Of a DNA stretch of 53,095 nucleotides, positions 15,801-28,700 are shown piece after piece. Source of the DNA: Vitrella brassicaformis CCMP3155 (lineage: Eukaryota > Protista > Chromerida). How positions within the stretch are numbered: position 1 is the stretch's first letter; each line of letters begins with the position of its first letter. Location: contig CDMY01000550.1 in NCBI GenBank assembly GCA_001179505.1, positions 1 through 53,095 on the forward strand, written 5' to 3'. Below the pieces are notes generated by a model. It ran no database searches, was not told the DNA's origin, and saw only the letters and a list, made by a program, of their open reading frames with translations. Made by a program: the position numbers and the translations under genes.

Positions 15801-16994
15801 AACACAGACACCAGTCGGTATTGAAGTCGCTTTTCCACTGGGGGGCCCTTACATGGATATCGGATGTCGAACAGTCCGAAGTAGCCCTGGACTTCATTTG
15901 AGTTCCTCTCGACCCACCGCTCGTTGACGGCCTCACCGACAACCAAAGCTGCATTTCATATTGTTGCGAGGAGAGGAGGAGGCAAAGTTTGAGAGACAGA
16001 AGATGCCGCCATATGACAAGCAAGAATGAGAGGCACAACAAGGTGTCTCTGTCTTGTATTCCATATCCCTTCGTACAGCTGTTGTATCTTGCGTCTCTCG
16101 CCTCTGTCTTGGGATAACATTGCCGTATTAGTTTCTCGCGGCCCTCATACTTACTAAACATAGGGAAATGGGTCTCTTATTGATGCAAGCAGTAGTTCCT
16201 GGGTTTTACTCACGTGAAAACGAGCCCGTAGTCGTCGAGGTCGCAGTCCTTCACCTGCACACGAAGCTGTCTCAGCCGAAAAGCACCCACAGGGAACAGC
16301 ACACCTGTACGTAAAGCAAATGGATGTCAGTCGAGCAGTCAGTGAAGCCTTTTGTTTGGTGCCTGTTGTGACCTCTGTATCTCCTTAGTTCGACAAAGCT
16401 TCGGTTGAACCACTCCCAGAAATGATCCTCATTCTCTGTGATCTTGAAAGCCATCCGCTCGAGGCCTTCCTCTCCGTAAGAAGGAAATATGTTTTCCAAG
16501 GCATAGCGGATGAAGAATGCGTTGCTGCCGGCCCTGCCCCTCCCCAGCGAGTAGAAGATGGTGAGTGGCACCAAGATGGCAGAAAAGATGATAAGACAGA
16601 AGTTGATGTGCTTGTTATTGATGAAGTTGATGCCTGACGCGCATCTGATCAGCATCATCTGAGCAGTGGTTTGACGGTACAGGACCGGCTGAGATGTAAT
16701 CGACACTGCTGATACGGATCCCCTCGGCTTCGAAGAACCCGACGACCGGCGCCTTCCGAGTTGATCGGAGAGCAGCTTTCCCAGGCCCGTTGAGTAGCCC
16801 CTGCTCCCCCTTCTTGGTCTCGTGACGTCGTCGTCTGCGAACTGGATCTCATGGTGGTCTTCGGGCTGGAATGTGAAGATGCTGTCCCTTTTGTCGCTGC
16901 TTGCGACGTGAGTGCTGAGCAGTGACGGCCGCCCTCGGCTATGATCAGGGTGGTCGACGTCGTCCACCTCCTTGCTTACGCTGTTGTCTGCCAT
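12880..16994 (-). CDS. Polycystin-2/TRPP-like cation channel
   Basis: S1 (INFCLIIFSAILVPLTIFY) is followed by a TOP-like loop containing EDHFWEWFNRSFVEL, GLIVDFDLSD, LQEANWIRLNTTRL and VTLYNPNSNLF. The pore region is FRSLGRSLVSLVRLTFGDFDYDPL, followed by S6 GPALFVLAMIMLALAMVNLF and a low-complexity C-tail. Confidence 0.8.
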
Positions 16995-17126
16995 GAAGTC
17001 GTACCCCAGAAGGAGAGTTCCGAAGGGCAAGTATTTTTCGTGGCCCCCCGCTCCGCCCCCACAGACGGTCTGAGCTAGCAGATCGCACGGCAAATTGTTA
17101 CCGCGGAGAGTAGGGGGCGCCTGGCC

Positions 17127-20100
17127 ATGTCCCTTATCGTCGTCTTTGCAGTGTTATGTAAGGAAAGGAAATATGAGCATTGTCATCTCACCTGCAATGA
17201 GTTGGCCTTCTCCCTCACAGGTCTCCCGCCGTGGCGCTGCGCTGCTCTTCCAAGGTCCAGCGTGACGAAGGATGCAACGTTCCTGCCTCAGAGCTCGGGC
17301 GCCCTCGGCGGCCAATCGCCCAACTCGTCTCTGTCACAGCCGCAGCAGCTGCTTTGCAATGACGACCAAGGACACTGCAGCGTGTTGCAAACCGCACAGC
17401 GCAGCACTTGGGCCACAGAGGCACCACCCCCACACAGCGAGAGGGAATGGGCACGTTCCGGCGTGCATGCAGAGGAGCCTCCTTCAGAAGATGAGGGAGA
17501 ACGGCAGGAACACAAGCCAGAACACAACCCGAGACACGGGCGGCAACACGTCAAGGATGCGGCCAAAAAGATCTTGGGGCCTTATAAGCAAGAGAAACCT
17601 TCAGAGGCTTTGCACGAAGGTCCGGCCCTGAAAGTGACCGAGAAGGAGCACGACAAAAAGCACGAGGCCCATACGGAGCAGGAAGTCACACACATTGAAG
17701 ACCACGAGGCCCACGAGCACGGGAGACCAGCGACAGTCGATGCATGCTTCCTGGTATTCCTGCACCTCTTCTCGGCCGTCATTGAGTGGGCAAACTCCAA
17801 GGTGCCCTTCATCCAGCTGCCGGTGTCGGTCGTACTCTTCCTTATCGGTAAGACGCCACGGCACATCACACCTGCCTGTCTCTTGTTTGGATTCCTGTCT
17901 GACTGCTTACTTATCTACATCGTTCAGGCCTGCTCTTCGCAGCGTGGTGCCACGCTGGCGGTGAGGCACCCAAGTACGATCCCGGCTGGTGGCTGGGTGC
18001 GGAGGCCCTCTACACCGTTCGGCGGACGCTTCACTACTCGACACATATCTCACCACACCTCATCTTCTACGTTTTCCTGCCCCTAATCCTATACGAGAGC
18101 GCTTCATGCGCACAATGGTGAGACAGCCATTGGTCCCGATACAGGCTAATAGACGATACCTCTGTGTCTCATCAGGTTCATATTTCGCAAGCAGCTGGCC
18201 ACTTCGTGTCTCCTCGCCTTCCCCGGGGTGATCCTCAACATCCTCATCTGTGGGCTCTTCCTCGTTTTCTGCATCGGCGGTCCCTATCGGGAGAATGTCT
18301 TCGGTACATACGGACCCACAGTCACCGGATCCATTCATCCATGACAGAAACTTTTCTTCTCTTCTCGTCTCAGGTGCGTTTCAACTGTCTTCAGTGGCCT
18401 CTGCCACTGACCCAGTTGCGGTTGTTGCCATGCTGGGATCGCTCGGAGCACCCAAAGTGAGCCGAGATCACAGAGGGCTGGGACGGTGATACAGTGTTTG
18501 CGAATGAGTGCAGAAACTGTCTTCGCTCATCGAGGGGGAGTCGCTTCTCAATGATGGATCGGCAGCAGGTAGCGCTAACAAAGGAGGGAAATGTCAGATG
18601 AACTGAGATGCAGCAGTATGTCCTCATATATCCAGTATTCTTCCTCCTGCTCAAGGACTTCGCCTCTGGTGGAAAACCCCCTACACCGTTGAACATCATC
18701 ATAACGACCCTCCAGCTGGCGGTATCCGGCGATTTCGATGAAGGCCATCGTCACAAGGCAGCAGTGACTGAACAGTGATCGGGTCAACATGTGTGTGTGT
18801 CAGATCGGGGGACCTCTCTTCGGTGTCGTATGGGCGGCCTTCATCTCCTTCTGGCTCGACAAGATATGGAACTGGTGAGCAGTTCACCTGCACTGCACAC
18901 AAGCACATCGCATCACATGTTTATGTATTCCATTGCCTTGCCCCAGGCCCAACCTGGAGATCACAGTGACTCTCTTCGGCATCTATGGTGGCTACTTCAT
19001 TGGAGAGGCGATCCTTGGCACGTCGGGCATTCTCACCACGGTCTGCTTCGGGTTGTTCTTTGCTGTCGCTGGGAAGTATTCGATGTCTCACGAGACGCAT
19101 GAGGCGCACCACCACGTCATTTCAGCTGTTGCACACGTGGCTGACAGATCGCTCTTCCTGGTCGCTGGTACGTGAAGACAAACCACACATACTTCTTCCA
19201 TGTCGGTGTCTTAGCCACTGTCTGGACCTCCTGTCTGTCTGTCTGTCTGTCTGTCGGTGCATGGATGCACACAGGGATGATATGTCAGCGGATCATGCAG
19301 GAAGAGGAGCTCGCGGAGTGGGCCATCATGGGGGGACTGTACCTCTTCCTTCACTTCGCCAGGTGTGGATTTGATCCTTGAGTAGTTACGCATAGAGACA
19401 CAGAAGCACATGACATGCCCAGTCATTCCTTTCACCCGCAGAGCGCTGGTCATCCTGCTCTTCTGGCGTTTCTTGAGCACCTGGGGATATGGCCTCAACT
19501 GGAAGGAGGCGGTCGTGCTCTGGTGAGAAACCGACACACAGGCAGTGAGTGCATTAGCAGACAAGTCTCGGTGTACGTGTGTATGTGTGTATATTTGTTT
19601 GTACGTATATACGGATGTGTGTGTGTACATTGTGACTGACACGTATACGCAGGTGGGGTGGCCTGCGTGGAGCCGTCGGCCTATCCCTGGCCCTCGAAAT
19701 GGAACACAACCCTCTGTTGTCCAATGGACTCAGAGACGTAAGACACACGCACAAAAGAGCCCTCGCCTCTCATGGGTGGAACACGATACTTGTCTATCAC
19801 ATGGCAGCCTTCCACGTCGCCGGTGTGGTGCTGCTGACGACATTCATCAATGGTGTGACGGCTGAGTATGTGTACAAGGCCCTGGACATCTACCAAATTA
19901 ACGCATTCAAGGTAGACAGAGTTGGATGGATGAACCGGACAGACACACATGGGAAGCAATTGTATGTGATCATGAATCCATCAATTAGGGCGCCTACCTG
20001 CATAATCAATACGAGATACTGGACCGACTTATCCTGGACCATGCGAGAGGTTTCCAGAAGAACTGGTTGTACAGCGGAGTGCGGTTCGTGCGCTTGCTGA

Positions 20101-20977
20101 AGGTGCTGCCTCAGTTTTCGAGCGTCATGTTCTCCGCCAGCCTGGTGCCCCACTTCACCAACCCATCGCCGCTCGAGGCCATGCAATCGTGCCCTCTGCA
20201 ATTCGTCTTGTTGCGGTCGACACATGCATGGCAGACAGGGGGATTCGTCTCTCTCTGCTGCATATATTCCTTTCTTGTTTGCAGCCGTCGCACGAAAGAT
20301 CACCGTCTGTCGACTGATTCGCAGCTGTTGGAGGATCTCAAGAAGAAGCGGGCTACCGTCCGCGTGTCTATGGTCGGCCTGCAGGCCAGCGACATGACGC
20401 AAACCAAAAAGGAACAACAGGTGAAGGCAGCAGAGACCCAACAGCATCATAGACACATAGTTGTGTCTCGTTTCTGATCAGTTGTGTTACCAGATGTTGT
20501 TGCTGATGAAGGCTGAGTACGACGAGATGTACGAGCACCACCTCATGTCAGAGAGCGCATATATCATCGCTCTCGAGGGCGTGAACGAGGGACTCGACGT
20601 GGCCAACGGCGAGAGACAGCACCAATATGCTGCCAAGGTATTGATTGGGTGGATGAGCAGGCGGGACACAGGAGAAGCAACCAAATCAGTCAGCACTCAT
20701 TTCGGTACTTCATGTGGCCAGACTGGAGTCAAGAATGTGCGCTTCAAGGCTGTTCAGGCGTTTGAGGAAGAGTGGAAGGTATGTATGCATGTCGTGCGCT
20801 CTCTTGCCGGTCGAATGACCCTATTCATTTTGTCCACTGGATAGGTGATATCTGGCTTCGTCAAGGGCCGCGAGAGCGTTAGCGGCGAGGGCAACTTCAC
20901 CGGCATGGTCGCATGGAGTGAGCGGGTCATCGGGGAGCGCGTTGCCATGCATACGGCGCATTTGCACGGCCTGCGTC

Positions 20978-21009
<32 letters not shown>

Positions 21010-21678
21010 CTGTGTGTGTGTGTTGGTGTGTGTGTTGGTGTGTTGGTGTGTGCAGGTATGATTCATTTTGGCGACCCCCAGGGCATGAGCTCCCTGTATC
21101 AGAAGACCATATGCAACGTCCAACTGCTATACGCGTAGGACGTAGACGTCAGCAAACATGTATACGTGTGTGTACAGCTATCTCCCTCGTCCATTTGTAC
21201 AGGTACGTCCAGACTCGTGAGCACGTGATTCACAGTTTTGAGTTGCTGTCCCCCGTCACGCGCGACGTTGCTCGTGACGTGCTGGACCACCTCACCCAGA
21301 CTGTACGACGTTCCGACACATTAATCGATTCTTGGACGGACACAAATCGCTGCATGTGGCTCTGCCTACGCGGTGGGATATCATCAGGTGGAGAAGGCCA
21401 AGAAGCTGCTTGAGACAGAGGTCATGTTCAAGAACCCCATCGTCTTCTCCCTCGTCTGCAACGTCACGGCGGGTAAGCAACACCTGCATGGACCCGCGAG
21501 CGCGTGTGCTGCATATGGATTATGTGCCTTCTTTGTTGCTGTCCATCGCTGCAGCTGAGACGTTGTTGGCGATGGGTTTGGAGGAGGCCAGGGGCCTGGT
21601 CAAAGGCGGCTGGCTCCTCCAGGAGGAAGTCGAACCTATCGAAGAGGTTCCTCACAAATGTTCATTCATGTCTCCATT

Positions 21679-21713
<35 letters not shown>

Positions 21714-22110
21714 TAGATTTTGTACGCCCACACGTTTGCAGTGCAGCGCCTCCGACCCCACAAGCTGCTCAAGGGACGGTAGGGCACACCTCAACACACG
21801 ATATGCTCTCGGTCGTTTGCTCTTCGTGTCCGTCAGTTCTGTATTCCACACGAGCATGTCGCGTGCCGTGCCAAACTTGGTCAAGACGCTGTCGGGGGCC
21901 GACGTAAGCACCGACCTCACTGACGAATACATGCAGACCGCAGCCAAAATGGTGAGCAAGAGAGTGAGGCCAGGGGGTGGCTTCCCCACTCTGTGTGCAT
22001 GTGCTGTGTTGACCTCTGTGTGTGTCGATCAGATCAGGAACATGTTTGTAGTCAAGTCAAGGAAGCTGCACGAAGATCTCAAGGCCAAGTACAAGTGGCT
22101 GCTTCAGTGA
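17127..22110 (+). CDS. CPA1-family Na+/H+ antiporter, SOS1/NhaP-like
   Basis: Motifs LLAFPGVILN, ASATDPVAVVAMLGSLGAPK, LIEGESLLNDGS, GTSGILTTV, WGGLRGAVGLSLALE and LTTFINGVTA. The cytosolic tail AEYDEMYEHHLMSESAYIIALEGVNEGLD resembles SOS1. About 20 introns. Start codon tentative. Confidence 0.9.
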
Positions 22111-22310
22111 TGATTCCACTGCAGCAGGCACCATCATGAGTCAGAGAAATCGCTGCGTCGAGTTTTGATTGCGTGATGAGAGGAGAGCGGATGCGAGTTT
22201 GGACTGCTATGAGGAGGACCCATGACGCGACAAATATTCAAGCATATCAGTAGCCAAGACAGAGAAATCTGTACCCCCACATAGTCACTCTACACCTGTG
22301 CTACTCAACT

Positions 22311-23252
22311 TTAGCGGCGCTTCCTGACGCCCTCTCCCTCGTGCTGCCCGTCAGCGGCCTCTGATTTCTTCTCCTGCTCGCCTTCTTTGACTTCAGCAGC
22401 ATCGGTCACTTTCTTCCTCTGTACTTGCCGAGGCACCACCCGCTTGGCGATGAATCGCACACCGCCCCGCACCATCTTGGCGCTTTTCTGCAGCATCAGC
22501 ACTTGCTTATACAGCAGCAGCAGCGCCACGAACGACAGCTTGAAGATGGCCAGCAGCATCAGCAGCACAGAGCCCTTGTGCACCGTCGACGCCACGAACA
22601 ACACGCAGATCCACGACGTGTTGAGCGCGCTCATGGCCGCCAGAGGGGCCAGGCGGGCGAGGGCACCGACGTCGCCACCCAGCATGGCGCTGGTGGCGTC
22701 CATGAACACCGGCTCGACTGAAAGGAGGTTCGTCAGGTCGGTCCATATCGACCCCAGCACTCCCCATAGCTTCATCAGCTTGGCGCCGAATATATCTGGA
22801 AACTCGATGAGAAAGACCACAGCCACCACAATCTGCAAAAGTGAGCGAAGCGAGAAGAGAGGCCGCGACGGCAGCTCCTCCACAGTCAGCGACAGAGTCT
22901 CGCGGAGGTGGGCGACGAGTGAGCCGACTTGAGCTGACGGCGGACACGTCATGATGGCGATAAAGCTGCCTCTGACCTCCACGCCTGCCGAGAGAGTCCC
23001 GTTGTCGCACTCGAGCTTCACCACTGTCGCATAGGTCTTGTCATACTTGAGATCTAGGCCCCGCACGGCTGCCAGATGGATGCGCAGCAGGGTATCCTGC
23101 GACTGAGCTGACACCGAGAGCACTCCGTCGCCATTCAGCTGGCACTGAAGAGGTCCGCGAACAAACCGGCCGAGGGGAACTGACTCGAAGGGTGTGACAA
23201 TCGTGGCCGACGTGACAGGCAGGGTGCAAGAGAACGCATTGTCCGCCGCCAT
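22311..23252 (-). CDS. Intronless hypothetical membrane protein
   Basis: Single ORF starting MAADNAFSC. It has a beta-rich N-terminal half, hydrophobic segments (LLQIVVAVVFLIEF, SWICVLFVA, VLLMLLAIFKLSFVALLLLY) and a charged tail. No family recognised. Confidence 0.7.
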   Translation of the reverse strand: MAADNAFSCTLPVTSATIVTPFESVPLGRFVRGPLQCQLNGDGVLSVSAQSQDTLLRIHLAAVRGLDLKYDKTYATVVKLECDNGTLSAGVEVRGSFIAIMTCPPSAQVGSLVAHLRETLSLTVEELPSRPLFSLRSLLQIVVAVVFLIEFPDIFGAKLMKLWGVLGSIWTDLTNLLSVEPVFMDATSAMLGGDVGALARLAPLAAMSALNTSWICVLFVASTVHKGSVLLMLLAIFKLSFVALLLLYKQVLMLQKSAKMVRGGVRFIAKRVVPRQVQRKKVTDAAEVKEGEQEKKSEAADGQHEGEGVRKRR

Positions 23253-23410
23253 TGAGTAAGCTCCGGGATGATTTCCTGAACCTGCAACACGTAATATGTA
23301 GATGTGATGCGGAGAGATCATTCAGTGGGCGTTCCGTCGTCGTTTCGCTCACCTCACAAGGAGATGAGATTCCAGAATTGGGAAGGAAGGAGCACCACAG
23401 AAGAATCCTC

Positions 23411-23427
23411 GCGAGCTGAAGCTCGCA
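23411..23427. promoter_or_regulatory. Inverted pair of the recurring promoter motif (GCGAGCT-GA-AGCTCGCA)
   Basis: The palindrome is seen directly, about 160 bp upstream of the minus-strand ATG at 23252. The same core recurs in other promoters in this window. Confidence 0.4.
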
Positions 23428-24229
23428 TCCTGGCCAAGCTTTGGCCGAATAACTGTATCTGTGATGAGAAACTCGCACATGGATAGCGGTCCACGTGTAG
23501 CTATAGCTATGTCCATGAAACAGTGCAAGGACATGACGGCCATCAGCATCATCATGGTCAGTGTCGCGGTCAACAGTGAGCATTGCTAATGAGAAGAAGG
23601 CCAAAACCTCACAACAATCAGTCGTGCCTTCCTCCCCTGCCTGCCTGCCTGCCTGCCTGTCATCACCGACACAGACCCTACTGCCTCCGCAATGATCACT
23701 CATCAGCGCGGGCACAGAAATCATGCAAAGGGGAACGCATGAGCATACAATGGCAAGGTCTGCTTGTCGCCACGTGTGCCCTCTACCCGGAACATGTTCT
23801 TCTGCAGTAGGCAGCCATACACACATCTGCGTGTCATGTGGTAAGCACGGCAAGGTGAGGCGACGGCATGCACGCGCGTGAAAGTCAACAAAACCGAGCG
23901 ATATCTATCTACTCAGCAAGAGAGGCGCGGATGTATCATAACGGATGTGTGGATGCAGCCCCGTTATTGAGGAGAGTACTCGGCACGTGCAGCGCCAGGG
24001 GAGCACACACACACACACACACACACACACCCCACGATTCTAGAAAGCGGACCTCCTCGTATGTATCGAGAAAACAGTATGCATCACATGCACATCAGCA
24101 TGAGGCCATTAACGGCCTCCGTGAGGTGAGGTGTATCGTCAGCCTGCATCCTATGCTCCTCTACTTGAAGCCTGCAAGCAAACCGACACCAACCAGACAT
24201 GTGCTGACAGCCACACAGCCTGCGTGTGC

Positions 24230-25614
24230 TCATCTATTTGAGTCACCTGCCATCCTGTTGTTGACCGGTCGGGCCATGAACCGTGACGACTTCATGTAAG
24301 ACGATATCGCAGGCTGACACACAACACATGAAGTCACACACACACAGGACATACACTTACACACACTCCTGCCTCCATTGTGTGCCCTGTGTGTGTAGCT
24401 TGGCTTACGAGTGCTTCGAATCTGTCGCAGTATGCCTTGAGGTTGCCGTATTCGTCGAGGGCATCCTTCTTCATCAAGCGGGTCTGGTCGAGCAGCTCTG
24501 ATCGACCCACATACACAGACAGGTGCCAGAGAAGAAAGAACCACACACGAGCACATGTCGTCTGTCTGTCTGTCTGTCTGTCTGACCGTAAAGATGGAAG
24601 TCAGGGAAGGTGATCTGCTTGCCAACGAGCCACTCCCTGAAGGGGCCGCACAGCACAAAACGATAGACACAAGAAAGAAAGGCCTCTGACTCTTCCTCTC
24701 TCCTCACTTGTCGGCGAGATGATCACTGAAGCACTTGAGGAACTTTGACATCGTTGTCTCAACCCACGCCTCTGAAGGAAGTGACACATGCTTGTGTGTC
24801 CGCAGCGATGACGTGACGTGACACATCGGTGGGTGGACATCCGTCCTTGATCAATGATTGCCTTACTGAAGTTGGTGTCGAAGTCGGGGCCATAAGCCAC
24901 CTTCACAATGGTGTTCCGGTAGTCCATGACCACGTCTGCACACATGTCCACACGGGCCTGCACACACACACACACACACAAGCCCACACACAGAGGATAT
25001 GCCCGTAAGCCGCTAACACCACACCACATCACACAATGTGTGTGTCTGCGTACCATTTCATGGGGGCCCTCGCCCAGCAGCTTGGGGTTGTAGTTGCGGC
25101 AGATGTGACGCATGACTGAACGCACCCGCAATGGACACATCAGTGGCTGCGTCTAATCCGCGCGTATCATACTGGCATTTGTCTGGGAGATCTTGACGTC
25201 GCCATCGATCATGTACGGCAGGTTTGAGAACTCCACGCCCAGCGTGTGTTTGACGTCCAGCCAGCTCTTGGCGCTCCAGCCGCCCTCCGGCGTGGCCTCC
25301 AATGCATACCTGAGACAGACCACATGTTTAACAACACGGGCGTACGCTTCCATTCCTTGTAGAGCGGTGTTTGCTTCCTCTTCCTTCTTCTCACTTTTTG
25401 TCCTCAAATGGCACGTTCGAATACTCCAACAGAAGCCGACACGGCTGCACAGCACAGGCACACACGTGTGGTGTGCAACGGAGAGAGTGATGAGATGAGT
25501 CGCTCAAGCGTGGTTGGTCCTTGGTTTTGATCACCTCACCTGTGCGAGGCCTCTGATGTCCCAGTAGCCGAGCACCACCTTGGGCGCGCCATTCTGCACA
25601 CCGTTCTGAGCCAT
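24230..25614 (-). CDS. GST: Glutathione S-transferase, mu class
   Basis: Spliced product: VVLGYWDIRGLAQ|PCRLLLEYSNVPFEDK|...SWLDVKHTLGVEFSNLPYMIDGDVKISQTNA...ARVDMCADVVMDYRN...WLVGKQITFPDFHLYELLDQ...NLKAYCDRFEAL|PAISSYMKSSRFMARPVNNRMA. It includes the mu loop. Confidence 0.93.
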
Positions 25615-25725
25615 GATCTGGTATCGCTCACAGCAGGCGGGCGATGCGAGATCTGTCGTCCGGTGGTGTCGATCAACCGAAACGGGGGATGAAGACACAG
25701 GCAGGGAGTCAGATCTGGACAAAGG

Positions 25726-25748
25726 TGCGAGCTTTGAAAAAGCTCGCA
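25726..25748. promoter_or_regulatory. Perfect palindrome TGCGAGCTTT-GAA-AAAGCTCGCA in the GST/RING divergent spacer
   Basis: 10-bp perfect inverted arms with a 3-nt loop. The left arm is identical to TGCGAGCTTT at 33845-33854 in another divergent spacer. Confidence 0.45.
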
Positions 25749-25792
25749 ACGGGAAAAGAGGCGAAAGAGAAGGAGCTGCAAAAGAGCCCGCC

Positions 25793-28700
25793 ATGGCGTC
25801 TGATTGGGGAGAGAATAGTTTGTTGCGTTTGTTCAGTCAGGATTTCGAAACGACTCCTCCTGCATCCCACGCTGCGCCCCGTTGGATTTTGCCCCATCCA
25901 GGTGACGTGAACTGGGAGTTAAGCTGGAAGAACGCAGGCACAGACATCCTTCGATGTCCGGCGATTCCCACGGTACGCAAAAACGAGAAGCCTCACTGCA
26001 GAGCTCGACGCTGCTTGTTCTCAGTTTGTTTCGAGTTGGTTGGCATTTGCCCTGTTGGCGTGGCCCCTGCGCACCCCAATCTATCGGCTCTCGCGGTGGA
26101 TCTATCGTCACCTATCTGCTGCTGCACCACCGGCGCGCCCCGCGGCAGAGTCAACATGGGTCTCTTACCTTCTGGCGGCCATCAGCTGCTTATGGACCTG
26201 CGCCACGTGTTTCGGGTTCATCGTCTTCACGTGAGCGTGCTGGAAGATGTTGGCAGGCGAGTCTGAAAGTGGCCCTTTCAGTGCTGGGCGAGTGCCGGAT
26301 TTCCTGCTCCCCTCGGCTGTGTTCCGTGCCGCCCTGGCGCATGCTGAAGGATGGCGGGCAATGCTGTGCGCCTTTGTGTACGAGGCGGTGCTGATCGGCT
26401 GTGTGTGGGCCATGGACGTGGAGCTGCCGCCATGTGTGCCGTCCGAGTGGGTCGTTTTCCGAGTGGTGGTTTACTGGGAGGTTAGTGCGAGTTTCACATA
26501 TCTCGTTGCGGGGCTTTTCTGGATGCCTTTTCGATGGGCGGCGCAGTGTGTGGGCCTCGTGGCGGCTCCACCTGCATGTGAACAGGTGACGGCTGGTCGA
26601 CTGAAGCGGGTGTGGGTAACAGGGGCGTGCGCGTGGTCCTTGGTCGTGCTTTGCGTGGTCATCGGGGTCGTCCTGGGGCAATACCTGTGGACCATCGCAA
26701 CCGTCTGTTTCCTTCTCTACGGCCTGCAAGCTGAGCTGGGAACAACGCAGCTCGGTGCGGTCCTTTGGGGGTTTCTGCAGGCGTGTTTCGCAGGCGCCAC
26801 CCGGCTTTTATCCCGTCTGCATATGTGCCTGGCGGCCCTGACAACGTGGCGACGGCAATATGTGGAGCACAGTACGGCGGGAGTGTCCCAGCAGCGCCAG
26901 GATACCGTCTTCCAGGATCAGTGTGACATGAGTATCGTCCATGGGCTGATAGTGCCCTGCCTTGTGGTCTATGGGTACGATGCCATCTTCCTGGCTTTTG
27001 GGGGATTCTACGTTGTCGCGTTGTATGGGTCGGAGGATATTTTCCTAGTTTGGGACCTGCTGGCGTTCATCGCCTTTGGACTCACCGTTGGCAACAAGAA
27101 TCGTCCACCGCAGCCCCATGTCCCGTTCCCATTCGATGGGGCAGGCCTCCGATCGACGGTCATCAACTTTCTGGCCTGCGCCTACCTGGTGTGGTTTGTA
27201 CTGCGGGTATGTGGGAGTCTCTACTCGCTGACGGACAGCACGCTGTTTTACCTTGACACAACCCGGGGCCCCGCCCACCACCTTCTGGGTCTGGCTATGC
27301 GGCAATTTCTGACAATGGAGGGCGGGAACAGCCTGGGGAACGGCGAGCTGGGAGGCGCGACGCGGCTCCGCGTGACGCCATTCATTCTCGTCTACTTCCC
27401 CCTCGTGTGGTCAGTTCACGTTGCTTGTGGAGTGTGGTGCCTCCTGCAAACGGCGTCACTCTTCTTCGGCACCAGCGACGTGATAGTGAACATTTGTGCA
27501 TTTGGGACAGCCGCCGCCTATGTTTGGGCCACCATGAGCAGCCACGTCCTACCGGGAGGTGGATTCCACCAAAACTGTTCTTTGGGCCTGACTTACCTCT
27601 TTTCCTGTCCGCACGAGGCGCATGAGGGCTACAGGGTGTTTGTATCGTTGTTGGCGGCCGGCTACCTGTGGTGGTTTGTTCTCGACCAGGGCTGGGCTCT
27701 TTATCTTCACTGTGCACAAGCGACGGATGTCGAGGGAGAGAACGAGCAACAGCAGCAACAAGGCAGCAGTGAAGAGACGGCACCGGTTTCAGAGCCGACG
27801 CCAGCTACCCAACCCGATTCCGTGTCTTTGTCTTGCCAGCAGTCATCAGCAGCTGTCGGCGTCGCCACCAAGAGCCAGAAGCGGCGGGAAAGGAAGGCGA
27901 GGAGAAGGGCTGGAGTGGCGACCCAGGAGAGCAATGAGAGCCGCCAGATAGGCTCGGCTGCCTTGTCGGCGATCGACGAGTCTCTGGCTGTGGTGGAGGA
28001 GGGCGAATTCAGTCTAGAGGGTACTACCGTGACGACAGACAACACGACTCCCGAACCGTGCCACCCAGCACGGCCCGAAGAGACAGCAGGCCTTCCCCCA
28101 CCTCCCCTGCTCCCTTCGCCGGCCCATGACGACACTCCATCGGATCACGCAGTGCCTACCACAGCTAGCATGACCCCAGAGGAGGCATTCCCACCGTCAC
28201 CACGAGAGACGCGTCACAGCCATTCATTGAATGAGGCCCTTCTGCTTCCCGGTTCGGCTGCTGCTGACGAGACGGCAAAACCGTTATGCGCCGTCTCCTG
28301 CGCTCCGTCGGCCCTTACGCCGCCATGGCCAGAGCGGATGGCCGAGAGCATGAGCGATGGGGGCCGTCAGATGGGCTCGGCTGTTTCGCCAGTGATCGAT
28401 GAGTTTGTGGCTTCGGCGGAGGATGGGAACGGCCAAGAGGACCCCATGGTGACGGCAGACAGCACGACCCGCGAGCCCTGCCAGCCACCTCCGCTAGGCA
28501 CGAGCTGTCAGTCTTCGTTCGAAGATACAGCGGACCTCGCCACTCCTTCTCTGCTCACCTCTGACCAGGGAGACTTCACCACAGGCAGCGCGACTCCCGA
28601 GGAATCACAGCCCGCGACATACTGGAATGAGAGGACGGGCCTCTTCCCGTCATTCTTCCTTCCCAATTCAGCTGCCGCTGATGACTTCCCTCCGGTGGCG

